Shown here: one piece after another, positions 17,613 to 27,514 of the stretch | How positions within the stretch are numbered: the first letter of the stretch is position 1 | Layout: every line of letters begins with the position of its first letter | Source of the DNA: Acidobacteriota bacterium | GTDB taxonomy: Bacteria; Acidobacteriota; UBA890; WLXD01 | Direction: 5' to 3' | Length of the DNA stretch: 64,000 bases | NCBI GenBank assembly: GCA_965248695.1 | Contig: CBDFKD010000002.1 | Span: forward strand, 3,840,001 to 3,904,000 | Notes under the pieces: model-generated | Seen by the model: the letters and a program-made list of their open reading frames with translations, nothing else | Database searches by the model: none | What the model was told of the DNA's origin: nothing | Program-made: the position numbers and the translations under genes

Positions 17613-20288
17613 ATGGAGGCCGGCAGCAAGCTCGGACACTTCGAGATCCTCGAGCCGCTCGGTGCCGGCGGCATGGGCGAGGTCTATCTCGCCCGGGATA
17701 CCCGGCTCGGGCGCACGGTCGCCATCAAGGTACTGCCCACCGAGTTCGCCTCCGACCCGGAGCGCCTGGCGCGTTTCGAGCTGGAGGCACGCGCCGCTGC
17801 CGGCCTGAACCACCCTCACATCGCCGCGGTCTTCGATATGGGAGTCGAGGGCGACACTCACTTCATGGTGCAGGAGCATCTCGAGGGGGAGACGCTGCGG
17901 GAGCCGTTGAACAGCGCGGCGCTAGCGCTGAACAAGGCCCTCGATCTGGCCGTCGAGATCGCCGAGGCGCTGACCGCGGCGCACGCGGCCGGGATCGTCC
18001 ACCGCGATCTGAAGCCGGAGAACGTCTTCGTAACCCGCGAGGGGCACGCCAAGGTGCTGGACTTCGGCCTCGCCAAGCTGACCGAAGTGGCCACGGTCGG
18101 ATCGCCGGGCGACGCCACGCGTTCGCCGACGATGATGGGGACGGCGGCGGGACAGGTCATGGGCACCGCCGGCTACATGGCCCCGGAGCAGGTAGAGGGC
18201 GCCGAGGTCGATCACCGTGCCGATCTGTTCGCCTTCGGATGCTTGCTCTACGAGATGACCAGCGGCCGACAGCCGTTCGCCGGCAAGAACATCATCGATA
18301 CGCTCCATCGGATCGCCAACGTGGAGCCCAGGCCGCTGGCCGAGCTGGTCGACGACGCGCCGACCGATCTGCAACGGATCCTGCGCAAATGCCTCGCCAA
18401 GGAGCCCGACAAGCGCTACCAGGCGACCGCTGACCTGGTTGTCGACCTGCGGCAACTGCGTGAGGACGTCGTCGCCGGGGTGGCAGTCCGTGGGTCGGAC
18501 GAAGGCGCCGACCCCGCCGCTCGCTCGGGGCTCCCGTGGTCCGTGGCGGCACCGGCCCTGGCGACCGTGGCGGCGATCGCAGCCGCCCTGGGCTGGTATT
18601 TCGCCGGGGCCCCGGAGGCACCGGCCGAGGCCACCCGGCTCGATATCACGCTCCCGGTCGAGGCTCCGGCGCGTTCCCTCGCAGTCTCCGCTGACGGACG
18701 TCAGATCGTCTTCTCCGCTGGTGGCACGCTGTGGCGTCGAGGCCTGGGTGAGCACGAAGCGGTCCCCATTGCGGGCACCGAGGGCGGGCGGTTGCCCTTC
18801 TTTTCGCCGGACGGCCAGCAACTTGGTTTCTTTTACGACGGGGATCTGCACAGAGTGCCGATCAGTGGTGGAGCCGCGGTCGCGATTACAACGATCGGCA
18901 CGGTAATCCCCTCAGGGCCAGGCGTGTGGACAGCCGACGGTGAGATCTACTTCGCGGACGGGGGCATCCAGCGCGTCGATGCCGGTGGCGGCGATGCGAC
19001 GACCATCGCTCGAGCCTCCGACCACGGTGCCACGGGCCTCCTCGCGCCCCGACCGTTGCCCGGGGGATCCTGGGTGGTGTTCACGGCGCGCATGTCGGGT
19101 CGCCGCGGCGACAGCCGGATCGTGGCGCAATCGCTCGCGGATGCGACGGATCGCCGTGAGCTTGTGCGCGACGTGCGTTTGGGCAGGTTCGTTGATTCCG
19201 GGCACCTGGTCTACTTCGACTACCGCGATGTCCTGGTCGCCGTGCCCTTCGACGCGGCGGCCATCGAGCTCACTGGACCAGCCGCGGCGCTCCCGGAACG
19301 AGTACGCTATCCGGAGCTGGCGGTCTCCCCGTCGGGCACTTTGGCGTACGTGCCAAACGACGCCGGCGCGACCGACCTACGATCGCTCGTCTGGGTGGAT
19401 GAAGACGGCACCGAAATATCGATCGGCGTCCCCGGGGAGGCATACGGCTGGTTCGCGTTGTCACCCGACGCGACACGGATCGCCTACACGCGCTTCGACC
19501 GCGACGGGTCGGACATTTGGACGCTCGATGTCGGGTCGGGCGACGTCAACCGATTGACCTACTCGGAGTTCGACTTCATACCCGCATGGAGTCCCGACGG
19601 TAGCCAGATCGTCTTCGCCAGCGGCCGCGCGGGGGCGCAGGATCGCGATCTATACACCGTGCCGACCGACGGGAGCAGTCGTGCCGTGCCGCTCTCCAGC
19701 ACCCCGGAGGCCCTCTATCCGACCATGTGGGCCCCCGACGGTCGGGTGCTGATGCAGGCGCTCGACCGCGGCCAGCGTGAGTACCAAATCCGCCTGCTCG
19801 ACCTGAGTACCGGCGAGACGACGTCGATCGAAACAGTCGAGCGCCGGGTCAGGAACCCGACGTTCTCTCCCGATGGGCGCTGGCTGGTCTACAGAGGTGC
19901 CGTGGGCGGGGACAGCCGCATATACATTCGCAGGGCTGACGACGCGGGAGGCCGCTGGAGCGTGTCGCCCGCCGGGTCCAGCTTCCCGCGCTGGGCACCG
20001 GACAGTCGCAGCATCACATACGAGTTTGACGGTGCGCTCTGGAGAGCATCGCTCGAGCTGGGGAATGAGGTCCGTGTAGCCGAGCGGCGACGCCTCTTCG
20101 ACTTCGCCTATTGGTCGCGGAGCGACGGCACCCACGCCTACGACGTGCATCCCGAGACCGGACGGTTCCTCTTCCTGAAGAACAGTGACCCCGAACCGGC
20201 TGTCGACGGAGTTGCCCCCGGTCCCCGGATCTCGGTGGTGCTGAACTGGTTCGAGGAGCTGAAGCGGCTGGCCCCCGCGGGGCGCTAG
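17613..20288 (+). CDS. Serine/threonine protein kinase with TM helix and C-terminal PD40/TolB-like propeller
   Basis: GAGGMGEVY, VAIK, HRDLKPEN, DFG, GTAGYMAPE; repeated SPDG motifs; ends VLNWFEELKRLAP. Confidence 0.93.
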   Translation: MEAGSKLGHFEILEPLGAGGMGEVYLARDTRLGRTVAIKVLPTEFASDPERLARFELEARAAAGLNHPHIAAVFDMGVEGDTHFMVQEHLEGETLREPLNSAALALNKALDLAVEIAEALTAAHAAGIVHRDLKPENVFVTREGHAKVLDFGLAKLTEVATVGSPGDATRSPTMMGTAAGQVMGTAGYMAPEQVEGAEVDHRADLFAFGCLLYEMTSGRQPFAGKNIIDTLHRIANVEPRPLAELVDDAPTDLQRILRKCLAKEPDKRYQATADLVVDLRQLREDVVAGVAVRGSDEGADPAARSGLPWSVAAPALATVAAIAAALGWYFAGAPEAPAEATRLDITLPVEAPARSLAVSADGRQIVFSAGGTLWRRGLGEHEAVPIAGTEGGRLPFFSPDGQQLGFFYDGDLHRVPISGGAAVAITTIGTVIPSGPGVWTADGEIYFADGGIQRVDAGGGDATTIARASDHGATGLLAPRPLPGGSWVVFTARMSGRRGDSRIVAQSLADATDRRELVRDVRLGRFVDSGHLVYFDYRDVLVAVPFDAAAIELTGPAAALPERVRYPELAVSPSGTLAYVPNDAGATDLRSLVWVDEDGTEISIGVPGEAYGWFALSPDATRIAYTRFDRDGSDIWTLDVGSGDVNRLTYSEFDFIPAWSPDGSQIVFASGRAGAQDRDLYTVPTDGSSRAVPLSSTPEALYPTMWAPDGRVLMQALDRGQREYQIRLLDLSTGETTSIETVERRVRNPTFSPDGRWLVYRGAVGGDSRIYIRRADDAGGRWSVSPAGSSFPRWAPDSRSITYEFDGALWRASLELGNEVRVAERRRLFDFAYWSRSDGTHAYDVHPETGRFLFLKNSDPEPAVDGVAPGPRISVVLNWFEELKRLAPAGR

Positions 20289-21679
20289 TCGAGCCGGCCC
20301 GCAATCCCGCCGAGCTCCGAGAACCAAACCACGCCGTCCTTCATCACCAACTCGACCTGCCCCAGCATGTTGATGTCGAACAGCGGGTCGCCGTCGACGA
20401 CGATGATGTCGGCGCGCTTGCCGGGCTCGATGGTGCCGGTCTCGTCGCCTAGGCCCATGATCTCGGCGTTCGTCTTGGTTGCCGCCGAGATGGCGCGCAG
20501 CTCGCTCATGCCGCTGTCGACCAGCGCCGAGATCTCGCGCCACATGGCCTCGGTATGGAAGTTGAGCGGGCTGGCGGCGTCGGTGCCGACGCCGATCATT
20601 GCCCCGGCCTCGATGAACTGCCGCGCGGAGATCTTGCTGTTGCGGATCTGGCGCGGTGCATCGTGGAAGTAGGGCGCCTGTCGGAAGCCGATGAACGACC
20701 GTTGCATCTCGGCCCAGACCTCCGGTGACATGTCGCGCGCAAGGCGCGGATCGCGGAGCCGCGAGGGGAACTGCAACGTTTCCGGGTAGACCCAGATGCG
20801 GTGGGCGATGGTCTGCACGATGGGCTTGCGGCTGTGCGCCACAGCGGCGACCAAGGCGTCGTCGTAGGCCGGGTTGCCGGCCGAGCCGACGTGCTGCAGG
20901 ACGTCGACGCCCGTGTCGAGCGCCCGCTGGATCGCCTCAGGCCGGTAGAGGTGTGCGTGTACCTTGGCACCGCGTGCGTGAGCGGTTTCGACGATGGCGT
21001 GCATGTCGTCGTCGGTCAAACGGACCCACGTCTTGATGACGTCGGCGCCGCGGTCGAGCAGCGAGGTGGTCTCGGCGGCCGCCTCCTCGGGCGAGGAGAT
21101 CACGTTCTGCAGCTCCGCGGGGCTGCTGCTCATGGCGACGCGCGTGAGCCAGATGCCACTCACCTGCATGCGCGGCCCGGGAATCTCGCCACGGTCGATG
21201 CGCTCGCGCACCGGCAGAATGGTCTCGAGCGGCGCGCCGAGGTCGACGGCCCCGGTGACCCCGGCCCGCAGCATCTGCTTGGCAGCGGTCTCCATCACCT
21301 CGGTGAGGCGATCGGTGCGAAAGACGAACTCGTAGTAGTCGGGGTAGTTGGCGTGCCCGATCAGGTCGAGATGCATGTGCAGGTCGATCAGCCCCGGCAT
21401 CACGGTGTGCCCACCGGTATCGACGATCATGGCGCCGGCCGGGATCTCGACGCTCGAGGCGGTGCCGACCGCGATGATCCGCCCGTCGCTCACGACGATC
21501 ACCGAGTCGTGGATCGGCGGCGTCTCGTAGCCGTCGAGCAGCATGCCGCCGACGAAAGCGATCACCCGGCCGGGGGTGGTCTGAGGCGCCTCGCCAGCGA
21601 TTACCGCGGATTCGCCGAGGACGAGCAGCGTCAGAGTCAGGGCAAGCGCGGCTCGCAGGCATGGAGTTGACGTCCGCAT
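20285..21679 (-). CDS. Exported amidohydrolase family protein
   Basis: Signal peptide; PGLIDLHMH, IKTW, HAH, QH, GTDA, GTIEPGKRADII. Confidence 0.88.
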   Translation of the reverse strand: MRTSTPCLRAALALTLTLLVLGESAVIAGEAPQTTPGRVIAFVGGMLLDGYETPPIHDSVIVVSDGRIIAVGTASSVEIPAGAMIVDTGGHTVMPGLIDLHMHLDLIGHANYPDYYEFVFRTDRLTEVMETAAKQMLRAGVTGAVDLGAPLETILPVRERIDRGEIPGPRMQVSGIWLTRVAMSSSPAELQNVISSPEEAAAETTSLLDRGADVIKTWVRLTDDDMHAIVETAHARGAKVHAHLYRPEAIQRALDTGVDVLQHVGSAGNPAYDDALVAAVAHSRKPIVQTIAHRIWVYPETLQFPSRLRDPRLARDMSPEVWAEMQRSFIGFRQAPYFHDAPRQIRNSKISARQFIEAGAMIGVGTDAASPLNFHTEAMWREISALVDSGMSELRAISAATKTNAEIMGLGDETGTIEPGKRADIIVVDGDPLFDINMLGQVELVMKDGVVWFSELGGIAGRLD

Positions 21680-21791
21680 TCTCACGGGAGGGCCTCCAGC
21701 GCCAGTACTTGTCGATGCTATGAATTACTATTATTTGCTAGAAAGCGTTTCTCGAAAATCCCATCGGAATCACAGCGTCGAGGATCGTCTC

Positions 21792-22016
21792 ATGAAAACC
21801 GTGCAGATCAACGCTCGCATCGACCCTGACCTGAAGCACGCCCTCGATGCGTATTGCGGCAGGAACGGCGTGTCGATCAACCACTTCGTGCAGGAAGCGT
21901 TGATCGATCGTTTGGAGGATCTCGAGGATATCGAAGACGTGAAGAAGCTCCGGCACGAGCCGACGCAGCCGTTTTCAGAGGTTCTGAAAGAGCTGGGGTT
22001 GGATGACCTGCTATGA
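21792..22016 (+). CDS. RHH-type antitoxin (RelB-like)
   Basis: MKTVQINARIDPDLK..LD.YC...G.SINHFVQEALIDRLEDLED...FSEVLKELGL; overlaps a RelE-type gene. Confidence 0.8.
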   Translation: MKTVQINARIDPDLKHALDAYCGRNGVSINHFVQEALIDRLEDLEDIEDVKKLRHEPTQPFSEVLKELGLDDLL

Positions 22017-22266
22017 GCTCGAGATGGCTGTCGCAGCCAAACGGCAGCTCAAGAAACTGCCGGCCGATGCTCGGAGACGGGTGTCCATCGCCGCCTTGGC
22101 TCTACGGTACGACCCTCGTCCGCAGGGTTCGCGCAAGTTGTTCGGCTACGACGACGTGTTTCGCATCCGGGTCGGCCCCTATCGGATTCTCTACAGCGTC
22201 GCCGACCATAGACTGGTGGTGTTGATTATCAAGATCGGCAATCGACGCGACGTGTACCGGCGGTGA
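22003..22266 (+). CDS. RelE/ParE family toxin
   Basis: AKRQLKKLP...DPRPQGSRKL.G....FRIRVGPYRILY.V....LVVLIIKIGNRRDVYR. Confidence 0.9.
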   Translation: MTCYELEMAVAAKRQLKKLPADARRRVSIAALALRYDPRPQGSRKLFGYDDVFRIRVGPYRILYSVADHRLVVLIIKIGNRRDVYRR

Positions 22267-22322
22267 TTCCCGGTCGCGAGGTGCCAGGGTGGACGCCGCC
22301 TGCCGAGGCGCCGCCGGCCTGA

Positions 22323-24599
22323 TTACCACTCCGCCGCGAACCTGCGCAGCACGTTCTCGGTGATGCGTGAGACGTTGTTGTCGTAGTCGTTGTAGGACAG
22401 GCTGCCGCTCCAGGCGATCGAGGCCGGAGTCCAGACGGCGCCATCGTTGGGGTACTCGAAGTAGACCATGTCGGCGCGCACCATCTCGTCCCAGTTGCCC
22501 TGGTTCGAGGTCTGAACCTCCTCGACGACGTGCTGGTAGGCGTCGGAGTGCTCGCCCACGGATGTGGCCAGCAACAGCGCGTGTGGCGGGGTGCCGAGGA
22601 AGTGGTCCAAGCGGTCGAGCTCCGAGCCGGCGGCGCCGTGACCCAGCACCAGCGACGGGATGTCGCCGATTGTTTCGTCGTCGTCGATGCCCTCGAAGAT
22701 GAACGCCGCGCGTGGATCGAGGCTGTCGGGCAGACGCGTGTAGGGGGAGTTGACGTCAAACCCCTGAGCGGTGAAGCCGACGCCGACGAGCTCCTGTGGA
22801 GCGCGCCCACGGTTGCGCCACAGGCCGCCGATCTCGCCGGTAGTGCTGTGGTGATACTCGCCCGGCTGCGCCTCCCAGTACTGCGTGCCGCCCCAGCGGC
22901 GCAGCTCGGCGGTCAGCGGTCGTTCGGGGTGAATCGAGTAGATCCAGTAGAAGCCGTTGCCGCCCATGTACATCATGCGGCCGCCGGCCTGCAGGTATTC
23001 CTCCACGTCGTCGAGCATCTGAGACGAGTAGTACTCGGGATGCGTGCCGGTCACGATCACGCGATACGGGTCCAGCAGCGCCCGGCCCTCGGCGTGCAGC
23101 GCATCGTCTGTGATGGTGTCGTAGGCGAAGCCCTTGGCTTCCAGCCAGTCCACCAGGTGGGTGTCGGCGATGAACTCCCAGGGGTTGTTCGAAGCGATGT
23201 TCGGACGCACGTCGAGGATAGGTCTGAGCCACGAGGAGTAGGCCACGCCGCTGCCGTCGGAGTGGTGGTCGTAGTGGCTGAGCAGCTCCGGGGTCTCGTC
23301 GTCGAAGCTGTTGGCGTACGCCAGGTAGCTGAAGGTGGGCACCAGGAAGGCGATGTCGGCGTTGCTCGAACCGCTCGCCGGGCGGACGAAGAAGGGGATC
23401 GTGTCCTCCGCGTCACCGGCCCGCAGTCGGGCGCCGTAGATGCCGCTGCGCAGATCGGCGGGGACGGTGTACTCGAAGGCCACCTCCCATCCCGCGTCGT
23501 CCAGGTCGTCGTCGTGAAAGTGGATGGCGGCGTACTGCTCCGGGGCATGCCGGAAGTCGTTCTCGGCGCCGTTCCAGTCGTGTCCGGTAACCGCACGCGT
23601 CGGCATGTTCACGGCGCGCCCGTGCAACCCGTTGGACGAGGCGTCGGAGATTCTGAGCGAGGCCATGTCGGCGGAGAAATCCCATGCCGCCGCCGGCCGC
23701 GCGGGAGTCGCTCCTCGTCGGAGCGCCTCGACCTCGTCGGCCCCGAGGGCTCGATCAAACAGCCGCGGGCTGTCGATCTTGCCGTTGAAGAAGGTGCCCG
23801 GTTGGGCCTGATCGGCCGCCCAGCGATCCCATCCGGCAGCGATCAGCAGGGGGGCGTCAGTGTGGATCACGGCGCGAACCGGGCTGGCATGCTCGACGAC
23901 GGCGCGCGAGGCGTCGCCGGGCCAGCGGCGTAGCGGTTGCTGATAGAGCGTCACCTTGCCAGCTTGGGCGTCGAACGTTGCGGCAACGAACGTCCAGGCC
24001 GTGGAACGTGGCGGCAATGTGGTGATGCCGTAGCCTGGGGGATCGGATCGTGGATGCGACGCTGCGAGGGGTGCGCCACTGTGTACCGCCGACAGCTCAC
24101 CGGAGCCGTCTCCCATCCACAGCGTCAACCGCCCCGCTGCATCGATTCCGAGGCCGTAGCCGGACCCCTCCGCCGCCGACCACTTGGTAACGATTCCCTG
24201 TCGCCCCTTGTCTGGTGTGGTGGCGTAGATCCACGCCGCCACTGTGAAGCTGGAGCTCGGCCGCAGCCGTGGGTCGTCGGGAACGGTCACGTAGGAGCCG
24301 TTGGGCAACGGCTGAAACTTCCCCGCGTAGGTGCCGTTGACCGGCGAAGGGACCTGCTCCTCCTTGATCCCGGGCCCGAGCGGATTGGGATCGCTATGGA
24401 TCAGGCGCACGATCTCGGCGCTGTACTCGGGACCCGTACTGCTAACCATGAATCGGATGGTCTCGCCCGGCTGGACGGTCATCTGATCCGCGTACCCGGT
24501 GATCACCATGTCCTTGGGATTCCGGTCCTGGGCCGCCACCGGCAGGATCGCTAGCGCCAGGCTCAGTCCGGCGAATCCCGCAACGTGTTCGAGTCGCAT
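22323..24599 (-). CDS. N,N-dimethylformamidase large-subunit-like protein with LamG domain and signal peptide
   Basis: AAGGAGGT RBS; GETIRFMVS, FFNGKIDSP, AIHFHDDDL, SYLAYAN, YDHHSDGSG, THPEYYS, YMGGNGFYW, GGLWRNRGRAPQ, RADMVYFE, VSRITENVLRRF. Confidence 0.85.
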   Translation of the reverse strand: MRLEHVAGFAGLSLALAILPVAAQDRNPKDMVITGYADQMTVQPGETIRFMVSSTGPEYSAEIVRLIHSDPNPLGPGIKEEQVPSPVNGTYAGKFQPLPNGSYVTVPDDPRLRPSSSFTVAAWIYATTPDKGRQGIVTKWSAAEGSGYGLGIDAAGRLTLWMGDGSGELSAVHSGAPLAASHPRSDPPGYGITTLPPRSTAWTFVAATFDAQAGKVTLYQQPLRRWPGDASRAVVEHASPVRAVIHTDAPLLIAAGWDRWAADQAQPGTFFNGKIDSPRLFDRALGADEVEALRRGATPARPAAAWDFSADMASLRISDASSNGLHGRAVNMPTRAVTGHDWNGAENDFRHAPEQYAAIHFHDDDLDDAGWEVAFEYTVPADLRSGIYGARLRAGDAEDTIPFFVRPASGSSNADIAFLVPTFSYLAYANSFDDETPELLSHYDHHSDGSGVAYSSWLRPILDVRPNIASNNPWEFIADTHLVDWLEAKGFAYDTITDDALHAEGRALLDPYRVIVTGTHPEYYSSQMLDDVEEYLQAGGRMMYMGGNGFYWIYSIHPERPLTAELRRWGGTQYWEAQPGEYHHSTTGEIGGLWRNRGRAPQELVGVGFTAQGFDVNSPYTRLPDSLDPRAAFIFEGIDDDETIGDIPSLVLGHGAAGSELDRLDHFLGTPPHALLLATSVGEHSDAYQHVVEEVQTSNQGNWDEMVRADMVYFEYPNDGAVWTPASIAWSGSLSYNDYDNNVSRITENVLRRFAAEW

Positions 24600-24772
24600 C
24601 GATACCTCCTTGACGGCGCCAGGCTGCCAAACGGTGCCGTAGCGTGGTCTCATGCTCGGTTGAGAGGTCAGATTCAGCAGCGAGATACTAGCCTGCGATC
24701 ACCGTGGATCGTCGCATACAGAGGCGGACGCGACGGCGACGGCTCCACCAGGGCGATAACTCCGAGGAAACG

Positions 24773-27454
24773 ATGCTTCGAGCGGCACGAATGTGTGGGT
24801 TGGTGTTGTTGGCTTCAGTACTGCATGCGAGCGTGCCGTCTGTGGCCGCCCAGCAGCAAGGCGCGCTGGTTACGGCAGATCTGGAGTCGAGCGCCACGTT
24901 CGAGTTCTACCCCGGTGCTACGTATGACCCCGACACTCCGACCCTGGAACAGGTGGTCGGACATGCGTGGGCCGAGCGGATCAGTTCGCCAGAAGAAGTC
25001 ACCCAGTACCTGCGTGCCCTCGATGCGGCGTCGTCGCGTGCGACGCTGGTGCAGTACGGCAGCAGCTGGGAGGGCCGGCCGCTGCACTATCTGGTCGTGG
25101 CCTCGGAGACGAACCAGGCGCGCCTGCAGGCAATCAAGGCCGGCATGCAACAGCTGGCCGATCCGCGGCAATTGACCGATGCCGCCGCCGAGGAGCTGAT
25201 CGCCTCGCTGCCGTCGATCACCTGGCTGTCGTACGGCGTCCACGGCGACGAGGTCTCCAGCAGTGTGGCGGCGACGCTCACGGCCTATCACTTGGTCGCG
25301 GCGGTCGACGATCCGGTGTCGCAGACAGTGCTCGACAACAGCGTCGTGATCATCGATGCGATGCAGAACCCGGATGGTCGTGCGCGCGTCGTGCAGCACT
25401 ATCGCCAGACGCGCGGTCGCACTCCCGATGCGCATCCGCTGGCCAACGAGCGCCAGCAGACGTGGCCCGGCGGCCGCTACAGCCACTATCTGTTCGACAT
25501 CAATCGCGATTGGTTCGCCCAGACACAGATCGAATCACGCGGTCGGACCAGCGCTTTCCTCGAGTGGTTTCCGCAGGTGCACCCGGACCTGCACGAGATG
25601 GGAACGAACGGCAACTACTACTTCGCTCCTCCGGCGCCGCCAATTAATCCGGAGTGGACCCCTGCACAGCGCGACGGCCTCGCGCTGTATGGCGAGAACA
25701 ACGCCCGCTGGTTCGATCGCATGGGTTTCACCTACTACAGCCGACAGGTCTTCGATTCGTTCTATCCCGGCTATGGCGACGGCTGGCCGCTGGCGCAGGG
25801 CTCCATCGGTATGACCTACGAGGTTGCCGGGATAGGCGGTCTGGTGGCGCAGCGCAGCGACGACAGCCAGTGGCGCTACCGTGACAGCGTTCAGCGTCAC
25901 TTCATTGCATCCCTTTCCACTGCCGAGACTACGGCGACCAACCGCGAGGCCATGCTGCGTGGCTTCTACCAGTTCCGTCGCGATGCGGTGGCTGAAGGCT
26001 CCTCCGAGACCGTGAAGGAGTACATCCTCACTCCGGGACCGGACCCCGGCCGCACCGACCGGACCGCGGCGCTGCTCATGGCACAGGGCATCGAGGTGCG
26101 GCGCGCAACGGTTCCGTTCACCAACGAGCGGGTACGCGATTACTACGGCGGTCCGACAGGCCCGCGGCAGTTCGACGCTGGCACGTACGTCGTCTCGTTG
26201 GCGCAACCCACCAAGCACCTAGTGAAGATGTTGATGGTGCGGGACCTGCCGATGGACCAACCGTTCATCGACGAGCAGCTGCGACGTTACGCCGCCGGGC
26301 TCGACCATCAGATCTACGACATCAGCGCCTGGTCGCTACCGTTGGTGCATGATCTCGACGCCTACCAGGCCGAGACTCCATCCGTCGCCGATTTTCTGCT
26401 GCTGACGGATCCCCCGACCGCAACCGGCGGCGTGCGAGGCGGCGTGGCACAGCTTGCTTACCTGTTGCCCTGGGGGCACAACGACACCGCCAGGGCGCTG
26501 GCGCGCATGCTGCGTGAGGGATTGCGCGTGCGAACGGCGAACGCCGCGATGCAGTTCGACGGCATGCGCTTCCAGCGCGGGTCGTTGATCGTCAACGTGG
26601 CGGAGAATCCGTCGACGCTGCACGCGACGCTCGAAGAGATCGCGGCCGCTACCGGAGCGCGGATCCAGGCGATCGATTCGTCGTGGGTCGAGGATGGAAT
26701 CAACCTCGGCAGCCCGCAAGTGCGGTTCATTCCGCCCGTCAGGGTGGCGATGGCCTACGACACGCCGATCGATCCGTCGTCCGCTGGCTGGACGCGCTAT
26801 CTGCTCGAGCAGCTGTATGACTACCCGGTCACCGTCATTCCCACGCGACGCCTCGCAGCCGACGGCCTGGACGACTTCAATGTGCTGGTCTTGCCGCATC
26901 CGGGCCGCGGTAGCTTCCAGGACGCGCTCGGCCCCGGCGGCGCCGCGCGGCTCCGACGCTGGGTCCGGTCTGGAGGCACCCTGATCGCCTTCCGCGACGC
27001 GGTGGCCTGGCTGGCGAGCGAGGATGTCGGGCTGCTGTCTACCGGTCGTCAGCTGCGCGATGGCCGTCCCGAGGGCACCGACGGGGAGGAGACGCGGCTG
27101 CCGTACCGTGTTCCGGGGGCCATCTTCCGAGTAGCGCTCGATGCCGACCACTGGCTATCGGCCGGATACGACGACGATGCAAACGTGATGGTCGATACCG
27201 GCAACGTATTTCGTCCGTTGGCGATCACCGATGGCACAAACGTGGCGCTCTACGCGCCCGAGGACGAGCTCGTCTTGAGCGGTTTCGTCTGGCCTGATTC
27301 GGCGGCCACATTCGCCGGCAACGCCTACCTCATGCATCAGCCGCACGGCAGCGGGCACGTGGTGGCGTTTTCCGAGGAGCCCAACTTCCGCGCCTACACC
27401 GACGGGTTGAATCTGCTGTTCCTGAACGCGGTGTTCTTCGGTCCGGCGCACTGA
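24773..27454 (+). CDS. M14 family zinc carboxypeptidase, exported
   Basis: VHGDE, NPDGR, DINRD, DLHEMG; C-terminal GATase-like region. Confidence 0.9.
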   Translation: MLRAARMCGLVLLASVLHASVPSVAAQQQGALVTADLESSATFEFYPGATYDPDTPTLEQVVGHAWAERISSPEEVTQYLRALDAASSRATLVQYGSSWEGRPLHYLVVASETNQARLQAIKAGMQQLADPRQLTDAAAEELIASLPSITWLSYGVHGDEVSSSVAATLTAYHLVAAVDDPVSQTVLDNSVVIIDAMQNPDGRARVVQHYRQTRGRTPDAHPLANERQQTWPGGRYSHYLFDINRDWFAQTQIESRGRTSAFLEWFPQVHPDLHEMGTNGNYYFAPPAPPINPEWTPAQRDGLALYGENNARWFDRMGFTYYSRQVFDSFYPGYGDGWPLAQGSIGMTYEVAGIGGLVAQRSDDSQWRYRDSVQRHFIASLSTAETTATNREAMLRGFYQFRRDAVAEGSSETVKEYILTPGPDPGRTDRTAALLMAQGIEVRRATVPFTNERVRDYYGGPTGPRQFDAGTYVVSLAQPTKHLVKMLMVRDLPMDQPFIDEQLRRYAAGLDHQIYDISAWSLPLVHDLDAYQAETPSVADFLLLTDPPTATGGVRGGVAQLAYLLPWGHNDTARALARMLREGLRVRTANAAMQFDGMRFQRGSLIVNVAENPSTLHATLEEIAAATGARIQAIDSSWVEDGINLGSPQVRFIPPVRVAMAYDTPIDPSSAGWTRYLLEQLYDYPVTVIPTRRLAADGLDDFNVLVLPHPGRGSFQDALGPGGAARLRRWVRSGGTLIAFRDAVAWLASEDVGLLSTGRQLRDGRPEGTDGEETRLPYRVPGAIFRVALDADHWLSAGYDDDANVMVDTGNVFRPLAITDGTNVALYAPEDELVLSGFVWPDSAATFAGNAYLMHQPHGSGHVVAFSEEPNFRAYTDGLNLLFLNAVFFGPAH

Positions 27455-27463
27455 GGCAACTTC

Positions 27464-27500
27464 ACCCGAGGCTCGACACTCTGAGCGGAGCCTCGGGTTT
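27464..27500. terminator. Stem-loop between convergent genes (probable terminator)
   Basis: ACCCGAGGCTC...GAGCCTCGGGT, an 11-bp inverted repeat with a short T tract. Confidence 0.5.
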
Positions 27501-27514
27501 GTCGGCCGAGCTGG

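Noticed and set aside
20285-20288. CTAG overlap of convergent stop codons as a member of the palindrome family
   Set aside because: Flanks (CTAGTCGAGCC) do not match the TAGTGGCCTG consensus; an ordinary shared-stop overlap.
21700-21745. Sigma70 promoter for the RelBE-like pair
   Set aside because: AT-rich and plausible, but TTGTCG to TATTAT spacing is only 14 bp, so exact elements cannot be called.
22530-23933. Long antisense ORFs (e.g. 467 aa here, 477 aa at 49029-50462, 391 aa at 57448-58623)
   Set aside because: Shadow frames of high-GC genes on the opposite strand, with no protein motifs.
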